Below are positions 9,434 to 19,901 of a stretch of 52,456 nt of DNA, in pieces (position 1 is the stretch's first letter; each line of letters begins with the position of its first letter). Below the pieces are notes generated by a model. It did not search any database. It was not told where the DNA came from and saw only the letters and a list, made by a program, of their open reading frames with translations. The DNA is from an uncultured Pirellulaceae bacterium. GTDB taxonomy: Bacteria > Planctomycetota > Planctomycetia > Pirellulales > Pirellulaceae. The stretch lies in NCBI GenBank assembly GCA_964400585.1, contig CAYNVI010000001.1, forward strand, positions 1 through 52,456. Direction: 5' to 3'. The position numbers and the translations under genes were made by a program.

Positions 9434-11631
9434 CGTTTTTGAACGGCATCCTGGCCTTGGGCACGCTGGCGACTCTTCTGCCGCTGGTGATCCATCTGCT
9501 GAATCGCCAGCGGTTTGAAACGATCGATTGGGCGGCGATGCATTTCATCGCGGCCGTCCATCAGGCGAACAAGCGGCGTTGGCGTTGGCATGAAATCGTC
9601 TTACTGATGATCCGTTGTGCGATTCCGGTGTTGCTGGCCTTGGGATTGGCCCGCCCGGTGCTCACCGCTTGGCGCGCCCCCGGAGCGACCCAACCATCCA
9701 CCACGGTAGTGCTGCTCGATGACAGTGCCAGCATGCGCCAACCGTTGACGCCCGGCACGCCCGGCTTTACCGAAGCACGCCGCCGGATCGAGGAAACCTT
9801 GGACCAGACGGCGCCCAACTCCGAAGCGAATGTGATCCTCACGGGAGGCGTGTTCGCAGGGCTTGCCGATACCCTGACGACCGACTTGGACGATCTCCGC
9901 GAGATGCTTCGTCAACAGGAAGCGACGACCGGGTCGCTTGATCTTCGTGGCGGCGGGCAAGCAGCGATCGATCAATTGGCTGCGGCGACCAATCCATGGC
10001 GTCGCCTGCTGATCTTTAGCGATTTCGCCTCGGCGGATTGGCAGCCCGCCGGTCAGGAACTGGCCACGGCCCTCCGCAGCGCCTTCCGAGATCAACCGCT
10101 CCCTCCGGAGGTGCTGCTGGTGCCGTTGCGGGGCGAACCTCTCGACCACAATTTAGCCGTCACCTCCATCACGGCCGACAAGCCGCACGCGGTGGTCGGG
10201 CAAACGGTCGGTTTCTCGGCCACGATCGTCTCCCGCGGACGGACCGCCGGGGGCACGTTCCCAGGGCACTGGAGCGTCGATGGAGTCCGTCAGGAATCGG
10301 TGCAGGCGACCCTCGAAACGGACGACCAGGTCTCGCTGAAAGGAAGCTTTGCGTTTACCGAAACCGGGACCCACCGCGTGCGGTTCGCCATCGATGGCCA
10401 GGATGCGGTCCCTCACGACGATGCCTTCGACTGGATCGTGTTTGTCGATTCGCCCACCGAGGTGCTGCTGGTCGACGGTCAACCGAGCCGCGAACCGCTG
10501 GCTGGTGCGGCCGATTATCTTTCCATCGCGCTGACGCCTTTTGCCCTGGCGCGGGATGGCCGAACCGACGGCATCCGTTCCCGGGTGGTGACGGTCGACG
10601 AGCTCACCGCCGAAGCCCTTCAAACCGTCGATACGCTCGTCTTAGCCAACGTTCAGAAGCTCGATCCGCAGCGTACCGCGGAGCTCGTCGAGTTTGTTTC
10701 CCGCGGCGGCCACTTGGCGGCCTTCCTGGGGGACGGTATCGACCCCAACTGGTACGACCGGCTTTTCCAACACGACGACGCCGAGCCTTTGCTCCCCGTC
10801 CGTTTGGCGGCCGAAGCGGAGACGACCGACCCGCCGCTGCGAGTGAATTTCGTCGCCGACGGAGTATCGTTCCAGCCCCTGCGGGAAGCGGTTGGTGATC
10901 GTCTGGAAGGCGTCGAGATCGGGCGTTACCACGGCTGGCGAACCAGCCTCCCCGAGCGGGCGGACGGGACGTACGACCCGCGTGTCGATGTCGTGCTGCG
11001 GCTCTCCAACGGAGATCCTTACCTGATCCAGCACCGCTGGCAGCAGGGCCTGGTCAGTCTCTGCGCCGGACCCGCCGACGCCGACTGGAGCAATTGGCCG
11101 ATGCGGCCCGCGTTTCTCCCTTGGGTGCAATCGCTGTTGGGACAACGGCATCTCACCATCGACCGGTCGCTCAATCGGCCGTCGGGCCAATCGCTGATCG
11201 ATCGGTACCGCCCGGAGGCCGTAGCGGAATCGATCGAACCCGACGTCCGCACCAGCGAGGGCGATCCTGTGGCCGCCGAAATCGCCGCCGCCGGAGGCGC
11301 GGTCCGCGTGCAGACCGCACCGCTGCGAAATCGCGGTGTGTATGCGATTCGCTACGGCGAGGAGGCGGAACATCTCGGTTCGATTTTCCTCCCGGCGACG
11401 GAATCGACGCGATCGACCTTAAGCGATACCGAGCTGGCCGAACTGGCCCGTGAAATGAATGCGATCGTCGTCTCTGACGCGACCGCGCTGGCCGCTTTGC
11501 AGAAAGAACGCCGGGCAGGACGCGAGATCTGGCCGTGGCTGCTCACCGCCGCGATGGTGCTGATGCTGTTCGAAGTGTTCTGGCAACAGTCGATTCGCCC
11601 GCTTCCCCGCACGACAGGGGTCTCGCGTTGA
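9430..11631 (+). CDS. Membrane protein with a BatA-type N-terminal double-TM module plus a vWA-like domain
   Basis: Track ORF 9106..11631 trimmed to the in-frame ATG 9430, which overlaps the DUF58 stop as ATGA (9430..9433). [39 protein letters not shown] matches the aerotolerance-operon BatA N-terminus. [10 protein letters not shown] is a MIDAS-like DxSxS. C-terminal TM is [19 protein letters not shown]. Confidence 0.8.
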   Translation: [733 protein letters not shown]

Positions 11632-14030
11632 GCTCGCTGCGTTTCACCACCCTGTTACCCTGGTGGCTGACGATCCCCGGCCTGCTGTTGGTGGCTGGAC
11701 TGATCTGGATCTACTACCGCCGGGAAACGCGCCACTTGGCAGGCTGGCCCGCTTGGCTGCTGCCGACGCTGCGCTCCGTGGCGGTCGTGCTGCTGCTGCT
11801 GACGTTCCTCGGTCCCGTGATCACCTGGCGTTGGATCGACGGGGAATTGGGGCGGGTCATTTTCGTGGTCGATCGTTCCGACAGCATGCAGGTGGCCGAT
11901 GTGGAGGGTGCTCCGGGGCTCGGCCCTTCGCGACGCAGCCCTTCGCGACTCGAGGCGGCCCGCAGGTTCCTGTTCGCAGGGGACCGCCCTCTCGTCGATC
12001 GGCTTCGGCAAACACACCGCATGCGGGTGGTGGCCGGCAGCGGGAGCGTGACGGACACCGAGGGGACCGCCGCGCTGGAAACGATCTGGGACCACCGTGA
12101 CCCCGCCGGAAACTCCGCCGCCGACAATCCGGGGCCCGCGCGGCTCGACCCCCAAGGGACCGCGACCGACCTGGACCAGCTAATCCGTCAAGCCGCCGGC
12201 TATTTGGGCGAGGCCGCGTCGCCGCCCCCTTCGGCCTCTTCCGCCCAGCCGCACGGCGCGGTCGTGCTGCTTTCCGATGGCCGTCAAACTTCGGACGCGA
12301 CGCCGCTGACGACCGCCCGACAATTGGCAGCGGAGAATATCCCGATCTACACGCTGGCGATCGGCGAACCGACCGAGCCCCCCGATGTCGCCGTCGTCAG
12401 GGCAAACGTGCCGGATCGGGTATTTTTTCGGAACCGCCTGCAGGGTTCGTTGTCGATCAAGGAAAGCCTGCCGGCGGGACAGTCCTACGAGGTGCAGATT
12501 TCGCACGATGCCCATCTCCTGTGGGAGCAGACGGTCACCAGTGGTTCCCCGGGCGTCCGCGACCTGGCCTTTGAAATCGGTCTCGAGGAGGCTACCAAGC
12601 GAGTCGCGGAACGGGAGCCTCGGTCGGCGGCCGAAGCAACCGCTGGGGCGGGATCACCGCAGGCGGCCGCGGGGCTGCGTCTCGACGTCGCGGTCACGAC
12701 CACCGCGGAAGAAGCCGACTTGACGAACAACGATTACCAATTTGGCGTGTGGTCGATCACTCAAGCAACCCGCCTGCTGATCGTCGACGGCCGCAGTCGC
12801 TGGGAAACGCGGTACCTGCGAAATCTGTTCGCCCGCGACCCGCAATGGCAGGTCGATACGACGATTGCCGGCCCCGCCTCCGAGGCGCAGGAAATCCCTC
12901 GTACGCTGGGGCCCGGTGGTTTTCCCGACAAGCTCGAGGAACTGTCGCGTTACGATGCCGTCGTGCTCGGCGAAATCCCGCCGGGTCTGTTGTCGCGCGC
13001 CCAACTGAAAACTTTGAAACAGCGGGTGGATCGCGGAGGCGGCTTGGTCGTGATCGACGGAACGCGTGGCCATTTACAGCAACAACTGGATGGTCCACTG
13101 GGGGATTTGATCCCGGTCCAGTACCGTCCGGGGCAACCCGTTGCCGCCGAAGACTTGCGGCCCCAACCGACGCGTACCTACCAGCATCTCATCGCCCTCG
13201 ACGGAATCGCCGAACGTAGCGATACGATTTGGCGGAACCTGATTCCACCGCGAGCCCTGGTTCCCAGCGAAGCCCTCCCGGGGACCGAAGTCTTGGTCTC
13301 CGCAACCACGGCCCGCGGCCCGCTTCCCTGGCTCGCCATCCGTCGCTACGGAGGCGGCCGGGTCGCCTATTTGGCCGCCGATGAAACCTGGCGTTGGCGG
13401 ATGGATGTGGCCGATTTACACCACGGTCGATTCTGGACCCAGTTGCTGCGAAGCGTGATCCCGCCGCTCTATCCGGTCGGCAATGCCTTCGTCGACCTCG
13501 ACAGCGGTCCGCGTTCGCGACCTGCCGGAGAGCAGGCAGAGATCCGTGCCCGCTTGCGTGATCGCGACGGGCGTCCGCAATCCGACGCGTTGGTCGACGC
13601 GGTCGTCCTGCGCGATCAGCAGCCGTTTGCCACCATCAGTCTGGCCGTCTCGGATCCCCAACTGGGGACCTACACGGGACTCACCCCGCCCTTGCCGGCA
13701 GGTGCTTACACGGTGCAGGTCCGCGCGTCGGGGTACACGCAGGAGGCCTTGGCGGTCCAGTCGCCGATCGCGGTCGAACCGACGATCGGCCAAGAAACGC
13801 TGTTTCAGGCCGCCGACCCCGGCTTGCTGAGAGATATCGCCGAGGCCGCGAAGGGCCGCAGCCTGTCGCTCGATTCCCCGGAAGCTCTGCTCGAAGCCTT
13901 GGCGCCGCTGGCGACCGGACGCGTCGTCGAAGTCGAACTGCCCCTCTGGCAAAGCTTTCCTTGGTTTCTCGTGTTGATCGGTCTGCTGTCGCTAGAATGG
14001 TTGCTCCGGAAAGGAGCAGGCTTGATTTAG
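11628..14030 (+). CDS. Membrane vWA protein with a glutamine-amidotransferase-like (ThuA-like) C-terminal region
   Basis: Same frame as track ORF 11535..14030. TTG 11628 overlaps the upstream stop (TTGA) and opens directly onto a TM helix (LLPWWLTIPGLLLVAGLIWIYY). ATG 11535 would overlap the upstream gene by 97 nt, so the start is uncertain. Motifs: VIFVVDRSDSMQ (DxSxS), AVVLLSDGRQT, LLIVDGRSRWETRYLRN, GGGLVVIDG. C-terminal TM is FPWFLVLIGLLSLEWLL. Confidence 0.7.
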   Translation: MSSLRFTTLLPWWLTIPGLLLVAGLIWIYYRRETRHLAGWPAWLLPTLRSVAVVLLLLTFLGPVITWRWIDGELGRVIFVVDRSDSMQVADVEGAPGLGPSRRSPSRLEAARRFLFAGDRPLVDRLRQTHRMRVVAGSGSVTDTEGTAALETIWDHRDPAGNSAADNPGPARLDPQGTATDLDQLIRQAAGYLGEAASPPPSASSAQPHGAVVLLSDGRQTSDATPLTTARQLAAENIPIYTLAIGEPTEPPDVAVVRANVPDRVFFRNRLQGSLSIKESLPAGQSYEVQISHDAHLLWEQTVTSGSPGVRDLAFEIGLEEATKRVAEREPRSAAEATAGAGSPQAAAGLRLDVAVTTTAEEADLTNNDYQFGVWSITQATRLLIVDGRSRWETRYLRNLFARDPQWQVDTTIAGPASEAQEIPRTLGPGGFPDKLEELSRYDAVVLGEIPPGLLSRAQLKTLKQRVDRGGGLVVIDGTRGHLQQQLDGPLGDLIPVQYRPGQPVAAEDLRPQPTRTYQHLIALDGIAERSDTIWRNLIPPRALVPSEALPGTEVLVSATTARGPLPWLAIRRYGGGRVAYLAADETWRWRMDVADLHHGRFWTQLLRSVIPPLYPVGNAFVDLDSGPRSRPAGEQAEIRARLRDRDGRPQSDALVDAVVLRDQQPFATISLAVSDPQLGTYTGLTPPLPAGAYTVQVRASGYTQEALAVQSPIAVEPTIGQETLFQAADPGLLRDIAEAAKGRSLSLDSPEALLEALAPLATGRVVEVELPLWQSFPWFLVLIGLLSLEWLLRKGAGLI

Positions 14031-14102
14031 ACGCGATCTGAAAACCCGGAAAGCGAAAAGCGGCTCGCGAAGCGACTCCAACCTTTCTTGAAGCCTCCCA
14101 GC

Positions 14103-17100
14103 ATGCATCCCCCGCTCGACAATTCGGCGATCGGCCAATTCTTGCAATCTTATGACCGCCGCGACAAGTCGCTTCGCATGTGGCGCGGCTTGGGCTTGTG
14201 CGTCGGCACCACGATCTGCTTGTTATTGGCCGCGATCCTCCTCGACTGGCTCGTCATGCTGCCGGAACCTGCCCGCTGGGCTCTGGCGGCGATCGCTTAC
14301 TTGACCGCCTGCCTGATCGCCTGGAGAGGCTGCCTGCAACCGTTCCTGCGGGCCTCGGATCCCCGTCAACGAGCGATCGAAATCGAGCGGCTGGAACCGA
14401 CGCTCCGCGACCGGCTCCTCTGCGCGGTCGAACTGCAGGCGGCCGCGGGGGCTTCGGCCGGCTCGCCGCGGCTGCGGGAAATCAGTCAAGCGAAGGTCGA
14501 CGCTCAGATTCGCACCCTCGACGTCAACCGCTACCTTCCGTCTCGCGAGGCGATTCGCGGAAGTTGCTTTGCCGGCGGCGCCCTCGCCACGCTCGTCCTG
14601 TTGCTGCTGCTCCCCCACGTCGATTTGCCACAACGCCTCCAACGCGTGCTCTTCCCGGGAATCGACGTGGGGCGGCTCTCGCAAACCACGATTCGCATCG
14701 AGACACCCTCGCCGAGCGAAGGCATTGTGCCTGCCGAAGAAACGACACCGGTCCAGGTCGTGCTTGGCGGAACCATTCCCGCCGCCCTCCAGCTGCAATC
14801 GCGTGATGCCGCCGGCGATCAACAACAGCCGATGCAGCGGCGCGAGGGCGAGCGTTATGCACTGAATCTGCCGGTCGGCAAGGAACCGCTGAAGTACCGC
14901 ATCCACGCCGGCGACAGCATCACGCCATGGCAGACCTTGACGCCCCGGCCACGGCCCCGGGTCGTGTCGTTCGCAAAGACGCTCCACTTTCCGGACTACG
15001 CAAACAGCGACCCCACCGTCAGGACTTCGGACGACGGCGGTCTGCAGGCCTTCCTCGGCAGCACCGCGGAACTGGAAATGACCTTTTCGGCTCCCTTGGA
15101 TTCGGCCGCCTTGAGCGTCGTCTGGGACGATGGCGAACCCACCACTTTGCCGCTGGAACGGATCGCCGCCGATCGTTTCCAGACCAGTTTGCCGATCTTC
15201 GGTTCCGGCTCGTATCACCTGGAATTGATCGCCGCGGAAACCGGCTTCGACAATCCGTACGCGGCCACTTACCCGATCGAAGCCGTCGAGGATCTCCCGC
15301 CGCAAGTCCGCTTCCTCAACGCTTCCGGTCAACCGCTGTTGCGTCCGGCTAACGATTGGGTCCCGGTGACGCTTCAAGCCGAGGACGAATTACCGCTGGC
15401 GATGCTCGGCTACGAAGTCGCGGTGAATGGGGGTCCCTGGCAGCGAACCTCCTTGCCGCTTGCTTCCGCAGCCAACGAAAAGCCGCGATTCGTGGATCCT
15501 CAGTCCACGCTGCCTCCCCCCACGGCGATCTCGCTTTCGCATCCACTGGACCTGCTCCCCTTGAACCTGCGGGTTGGCGACTCGCTGCGTCTCCGCGGCG
15601 TCGCGATCGATCGCAAACGCCAGATCGCTCACACCGCGGTCCAGGAAATCGTGATCGAGTCGGTCGGTGCGGAGCCCCTCTCGCGCGAGGCATGGGATGA
15701 TCGCCTCGCCTGGGCGGAAGCGATTCAAGCGTGGACCGCCGCGGTCCACGCCGCGAGTGAATCGGCTGCCGAAACGCTGAAAACGGCAGGGAAAGACGAC
15801 GCCACCCCCGAGGAACTCCCGCAGCTTGACACCGACGCCCTCGCCGCGCTGGCCGATCCGTCCGAGGGGATCATCCGGCAGACGATCCGCCTGCTGGCAG
15901 AGACCGAGCGTCCGCTGGCCGGAGCACAATTGGAAGCAGTCGGTCGCCGCGTCGATCAGATCCAGTTCACGCTGCGAGATCTACTGGCGTCGCTCGATCG
16001 ATTCGATGCGGCGGACAATCGGCCGGCGACGCGTCGCGAACTCGAACGCTCGCTTCGCCGTCTGGCACGTGACGCGGAGCGCACGGGAAGTCGTACGACC
16101 GAGTTCATCGGCTTTGATCTTGCCCGCGGTTACACGGCGGAGGTGTACGGGCTGCTCGAAGTTTTGCAGGTCCTTCGCCCCGCCTCAGCGGAGCAGGCCC
16201 CCTGGCCCCGTCTTCATCGGTACAGCACGCTGCTGGCCCACCGTCTCGCGGCGTTCGATACCTTGATCGCGGAAACGTCGAGCTTTCTCCCCGCACGGTC
16301 ACGGCATCTGGCGACCGAGCTGCGGAATTGGCTGAGCGACCGGCGTTACCGTTTGCCTCAGATTCTTGAACAGACCACGGACCGCGAACCGGCGGGCAAA
16401 GAAGGGGCGCTGCGGTCCGCGTTGGCCGAGCTCCAGCAGCAGCTTCTCGACCGAACCAACATCACCGCACGAGATCGCGGACTCGCGCAAGGCACCGTCG
16501 ACGGACTACGTGAACTCGATCGAGGTGCCCCGCCGCTGTTTCAAACCATCGACCGACTGGGAGAAGCTCTTCAGCGTTTGCAGGCAGCCGACCAGGCGGT
16601 CCTCTCCGCCAAAGATGCCGGGCAAATCGAGCAAGCCACAAACCGCCGGAGGCCGATTCAAAGCGAAGTGGAACGCGTCGCCAACGGGGTGCCGGTCCGA
16701 CTCCGCCGGTGGGCGACCTTGCATCAATTGCGTCCCGATGCCAATGCCCGCTTCGCCGCCGATGCTGGACTCGCTAGCCGAGCCGTGGAAGCGGTCTTGT
16801 GGCGGCCCGACCAGGCACTTGCATCGGCGAACTCGGGGCTTCCCCTTCGCGACCGCGTCGAGTCGATCGCGGCGATCGCAAAGGACTACCGACAACTGGA
16901 AGCGGGACATCGTGTTGCCCAGTGCCGGATCGAGATCGAACAGCTGATCGCAGCCGAGCGTTGGGGCAGCGACCCGGTGGTCCGCCGCTTTGAATTGCCG
17001 GTACGTTGGGAACGCTTTCGCCAAGCCCTGGAAGATGCGGCCATCGCCCTGCGTTCGGCACAGCTGCCTGCGGAGATTCACGAAACGATCGACAACGTCC

Positions 17101-19892
17101 GGCGGGAGCCGCCGCAAGCGCGGATTTCTCAGGCGTTCTCCGCACGTCGCGGCAATCGCGATGCAGACGAACCGCTCTTCCGGCCCCTCCAGCAAATCCA
17201 GCAAAAACTCATCGCGGCTGAGCAGCCCCTGCAACCGATCCTCGCGGAAGCACGTCGGCGGATCGCGGCCTACGTTCCCACGATCTCTCAGTTGGCTGAA
17301 GCAGCGGCCGACACGCTGGAGCCGAGCGTGCCTGCCGAAGATGCCGGCAAAGACTTAGCCGCGATCACCCAGTCGTCGCCGTCTCCCGTCGCCGAGACCG
17401 ACGAAGCCGAGCCAAACGCGGTGCCGCCCGAGGAGGCATTGGACCCCCAGGGATTTGAACAACAGCTCGAGCGATTACTTGATGCGTTGGTCGAGGAAGC
17501 CAACCTCGCCGATCTCGGCACGCGCGACGGGCTGCAGCAAGCGCAAGATGCCGAGGCCGCCAAGTCCCTGCTGCAGGCTTCGCAAGCAGCCCTTCAACAA
17601 ACCGCAGCAGAGGCCGCGGAGGCGACGTCCGGCGCGGCCAATCCCGACGAAGCGAACCCTGCGGAAACGTCGTCTGCCGAAGCGGCGCTGCAGGCATCGC
17701 AGCAACAGATGCTCGATCATTTGGAAATCGTGCAACAACATTTCGCGACGCCAGCGGAGAACGCTGCTCCGCCTGCGGGGGAGACACCCAGCCCGCTGAT
17801 GGCGGCGATCCAGGAAGCGGGACTCGATCGCGAAAACCGCCAGCGATTTGGCCCCCTCGAGCAATTGGTCGAAGCGAGCGAGCAGGATCCGCAAACCTTG
17901 CTGCAGCAGTTGGAAAGCGAGCTTCAACGCAACCCCGCCATGCAAGAAGCCCTTTCGGATATTTCGCGGACCGCCGTCGACCGCGTCCAGAACGCATTGC
18001 AGGCGGCGTCCGCACGGCAAGCGGCGATGCAGCGGGAAATCGAATCGGCCGACAGCGACTACCGCGAAACAAAAGAGCCGATCGTCAAGGCGTTGCGTAC
18101 GCTGGCCGACCGTGTCTCGGAAATGGAACGTACCTTGATCAGCCAAGCGGAGAAGGCCGCCCACCGAGGGGACTTGGCCGATCTCCGCGACAACTTACGG
18201 GCGCAACGCCAACGACTGGACGAAACCGTCACGGCCGCGAAAAACCAAAATGCCGACACGCTGATGGCCGACCTCCGTCAAACCGCCGAGGAGGTCTCCG
18301 AATCCTTGGGCGAAGTGGCCCGGCAGCTGCAAAAATCGTCCGACCAGGCGAGCGTGCTACAGGAGACCCCGACGGAGGAGGATGCAGGCCGCCGCCGTCC
18401 GCTGGCCGAGGCTCTGAAGAAAGAAAATCGTCGCTTGCGGGATCGGCGTGTCCAAGATGCCGAGAAACGCTTGCGGTCTGTCCAACGTGAAGTCACCGAC
18501 GCCGAACAGCGGACGCGCACCGCCCAGCGCAAGCTGCAGAAAGTCGAAGACCAGCTGGCCAAGCCGCAGCAGGAAGCGGAGCAGCAACCGGACGCGCGGG
18601 CGCGTCAGCAAGCGGTTGACCGACTGCAACAGCAACGCGCGCAGGCCCGCCAGCAAGCCCAGGACGCTCGGACCGCCCAGCAGCAGGCGCAAGCGAAACG
18701 GGATCGACACGAGGCTTGGTTGGCCGAGGCCCAAGCGACCCCGCAACCCTCCCTGCAAAGCGTCCACCCCGCAGCCGAAAACACCCAGGCGTTCGCCCAG
18801 GCGGCAACGTCCATGGCCCGCCAACTGCATCAACAGGCGGTCGACGTGGCGGAGGCCGCGGCTGCCGATACCGCGCCGGCTCCTCCCGAAAACCACCTGC
18901 GCTCGGCGACGTCCGAACAAGGCATGGTCCGTCAACAAGTGCAGGGGGCAGCCCAAGACTTGGCCCGTTCGGCGAGGCACGAAAGGCGCCTGGGGCAGGA
19001 GGCATCGTCCGAGCAACTTCAGAGCCAGGCGGACCAGGTTGCCAGCGTGAATCGGAACGAGGTCGCTTCGGCCCAGCAAGAACTCGACGGGGCGACCACG
19101 GCGGCCGAGCAAGCCGCGCCGGCTGCCGCGCCGCCCGCAACACCGCCGGCGGTTGCCGCGGACGCGGCCGCGAATCAAGCAGGTTCCCCCGCCGCAGCCG
19201 CCCCCTCGCAGGCGGCAGTCGCGGCACGTGATGCGTTGCAGGTGAGCGAAGCGGCGCTTCGCCAGCGTCAGCAAGACCTCGCCGCCCTCGCCGCCGAAGC
19301 TCCCAACGACGGGCTTCCGGACGGCCCCGCACCCGCCGCATCTCCGGGAGGCGAGAACCCGCCGGCGGCAACGACGCAGGCGGCCTCCTCCCAGCCGGAC
19401 AGGCCTTCTCCGGAACTGCTCGCGCAAACGCTCGACCAACTCGATCAGCAACTTGCCAGCCCCGGCCAACCGGCCTCCGCTGGGCAACCGTCGCAGCAAG
19501 CTGCTGCCACCGCCGCAGCCGACGGACCTGTCCCCCCTCGTTTCCCCTCGCGGCTGCAAAGTGAAGCCAGGTCGCGCGGACGGCAATTAGCACAGCAACG
19601 GACCGCTGCCTCCCAATCGACCGCGTCATCCCCTCAGGGCGAACCGACCGATCCAGCCACGGGCTCGGTCGCCAGCGGGTCAAGCCCCGATTCCTCCAGC
19701 GAACCCTTCGGCCGCTTACCTCCGCCCGAGCGAGGCGGGAACGGCGACTGGGGCCAGCTAGGGACAATGACCGTGGACAACGCCGCCGATGGAGAGAACG
19801 AAGCCCTGCACCGAGCTTACCGCGGGCAACTGGAAGCCTATTTTCGCGTCCTTGCCGAACGCTCTCGTCAGCAGCCTCCCGTCGCCCCCTAA
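14103..19892 (+). CDS. Giant (about 1930 aa) membrane-anchored coiled-coil / low-complexity protein, DUF4175-like architecture
   Basis: Track ORF starts at TTG 14088; ATG 14103 (MHPPLDNS) is preferred. It has two N-terminal TM helices (GLGLCVGTTICLLLAAILLDWLVML, WALAAIAYLTACLIAW) and a ~500-aa non-repetitive region. Then come more than 1000 aa rich in Ala/Gln/Glu/Arg, ending in the ordered-looking tail HRAYRGQLEAYFRVLAERS. Confidence 0.8.
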   Translation: MHPPLDNSAIGQFLQSYDRRDKSLRMWRGLGLCVGTTICLLLAAILLDWLVMLPEPARWALAAIAYLTACLIAWRGCLQPFLRASDPRQRAIEIERLEPTLRDRLLCAVELQAAAGASAGSPRLREISQAKVDAQIRTLDVNRYLPSREAIRGSCFAGGALATLVLLLLLPHVDLPQRLQRVLFPGIDVGRLSQTTIRIETPSPSEGIVPAEETTPVQVVLGGTIPAALQLQSRDAAGDQQQPMQRREGERYALNLPVGKEPLKYRIHAGDSITPWQTLTPRPRPRVVSFAKTLHFPDYANSDPTVRTSDDGGLQAFLGSTAELEMTFSAPLDSAALSVVWDDGEPTTLPLERIAADRFQTSLPIFGSGSYHLELIAAETGFDNPYAATYPIEAVEDLPPQVRFLNASGQPLLRPANDWVPVTLQAEDELPLAMLGYEVAVNGGPWQRTSLPLASAANEKPRFVDPQSTLPPPTAISLSHPLDLLPLNLRVGDSLRLRGVAIDRKRQIAHTAVQEIVIESVGAEPLSREAWDDRLAWAEAIQAWTAAVHAASESAAETLKTAGKDDATPEELPQLDTDALAALADPSEGIIRQTIRLLAETERPLAGAQLEAVGRRVDQIQFTLRDLLASLDRFDAADNRPATRRELERSLRRLARDAERTGSRTTEFIGFDLARGYTAEVYGLLEVLQVLRPASAEQAPWPRLHRYSTLLAHRLAAFDTLIAETSSFLPARSRHLATELRNWLSDRRYRLPQILEQTTDREPAGKEGALRSALAELQQQLLDRTNITARDRGLAQGTVDGLRELDRGAPPLFQTIDRLGEALQRLQAADQAVLSAKDAGQIEQATNRRRPIQSEVERVANGVPVRLRRWATLHQLRPDANARFAADAGLASRAVEAVLWRPDQALASANSGLPLRDRVESIAAIAKDYRQLEAGHRVAQCRIEIEQLIAAERWGSDPVVRRFELPVRWERFRQALEDAAIALRSAQLPAEIHETIDNVRREPPQARISQAFSARRGNRDADEPLFRPLQQIQQKLIAAEQPLQPILAEARRRIAAYVPTISQLAEAAADTLEPSVPAEDAGKDLAAITQSSPSPVAETDEAEPNAVPPEEALDPQGFEQQLERLLDALVEEANLADLGTRDGLQQAQDAEAAKSLLQASQAALQQTAAEAAEATSGAANPDEANPAETSSAEAALQASQQQMLDHLEIVQQHFATPAENAAPPAGETPSPLMAAIQEAGLDRENRQRFGPLEQLVEASEQDPQTLLQQLESELQRNPAMQEALSDISRTAVDRVQNALQAASARQAAMQREIESADSDYRETKEPIVKALRTLADRVSEMERTLISQAEKAAHRGDLADLRDNLRAQRQRLDETVTAAKNQNADTLMADLRQTAEEVSESLGEVARQLQKSSDQASVLQETPTEEDAGRRRPLAEALKKENRRLRDRRVQDAEKRLRSVQREVTDAEQRTRTAQRKLQKVEDQLAKPQQEAEQQPDARARQQAVDRLQQQRAQARQQAQDARTAQQQAQAKRDRHEAWLAEAQATPQPSLQSVHPAAENTQAFAQAATSMARQLHQQAVDVAEAAAADTAPAPPENHLRSATSEQGMVRQQVQGAAQDLARSARHERRLGQEASSEQLQSQADQVASVNRNEVASAQQELDGATTAAEQAAPAAAPPATPPAVAADAAANQAGSPAAAAPSQAAVAARDALQVSEAALRQRQQDLAALAAEAPNDGLPDGPAPAASPGGENPPAATTQAASSQPDRPSPELLAQTLDQLDQQLASPGQPASAGQPSQQAAATAAADGPVPPRFPSRLQSEARSRGRQLAQQRTAASQSTASSPQGEPTDPATGSVASGSSPDSSSEPFGRLPPPERGGNGDWGQLGTMTVDNAADGENEALHRAYRGQLEAYFRVLAERSRQQPPVAP

Positions 19893-19901
19893 GTTCAGGC
19901 C

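Noticed and set aside
18357-19767. Two antisense ORFs of more than 400 aa (18357..19586 and 18493..19767)
   Set aside because: They lie opposite the CAG/GCN-rich low-complexity part of the giant gene. The absence of stops is a compositional artefact, and the products are poly-Arg/Gly/Pro.
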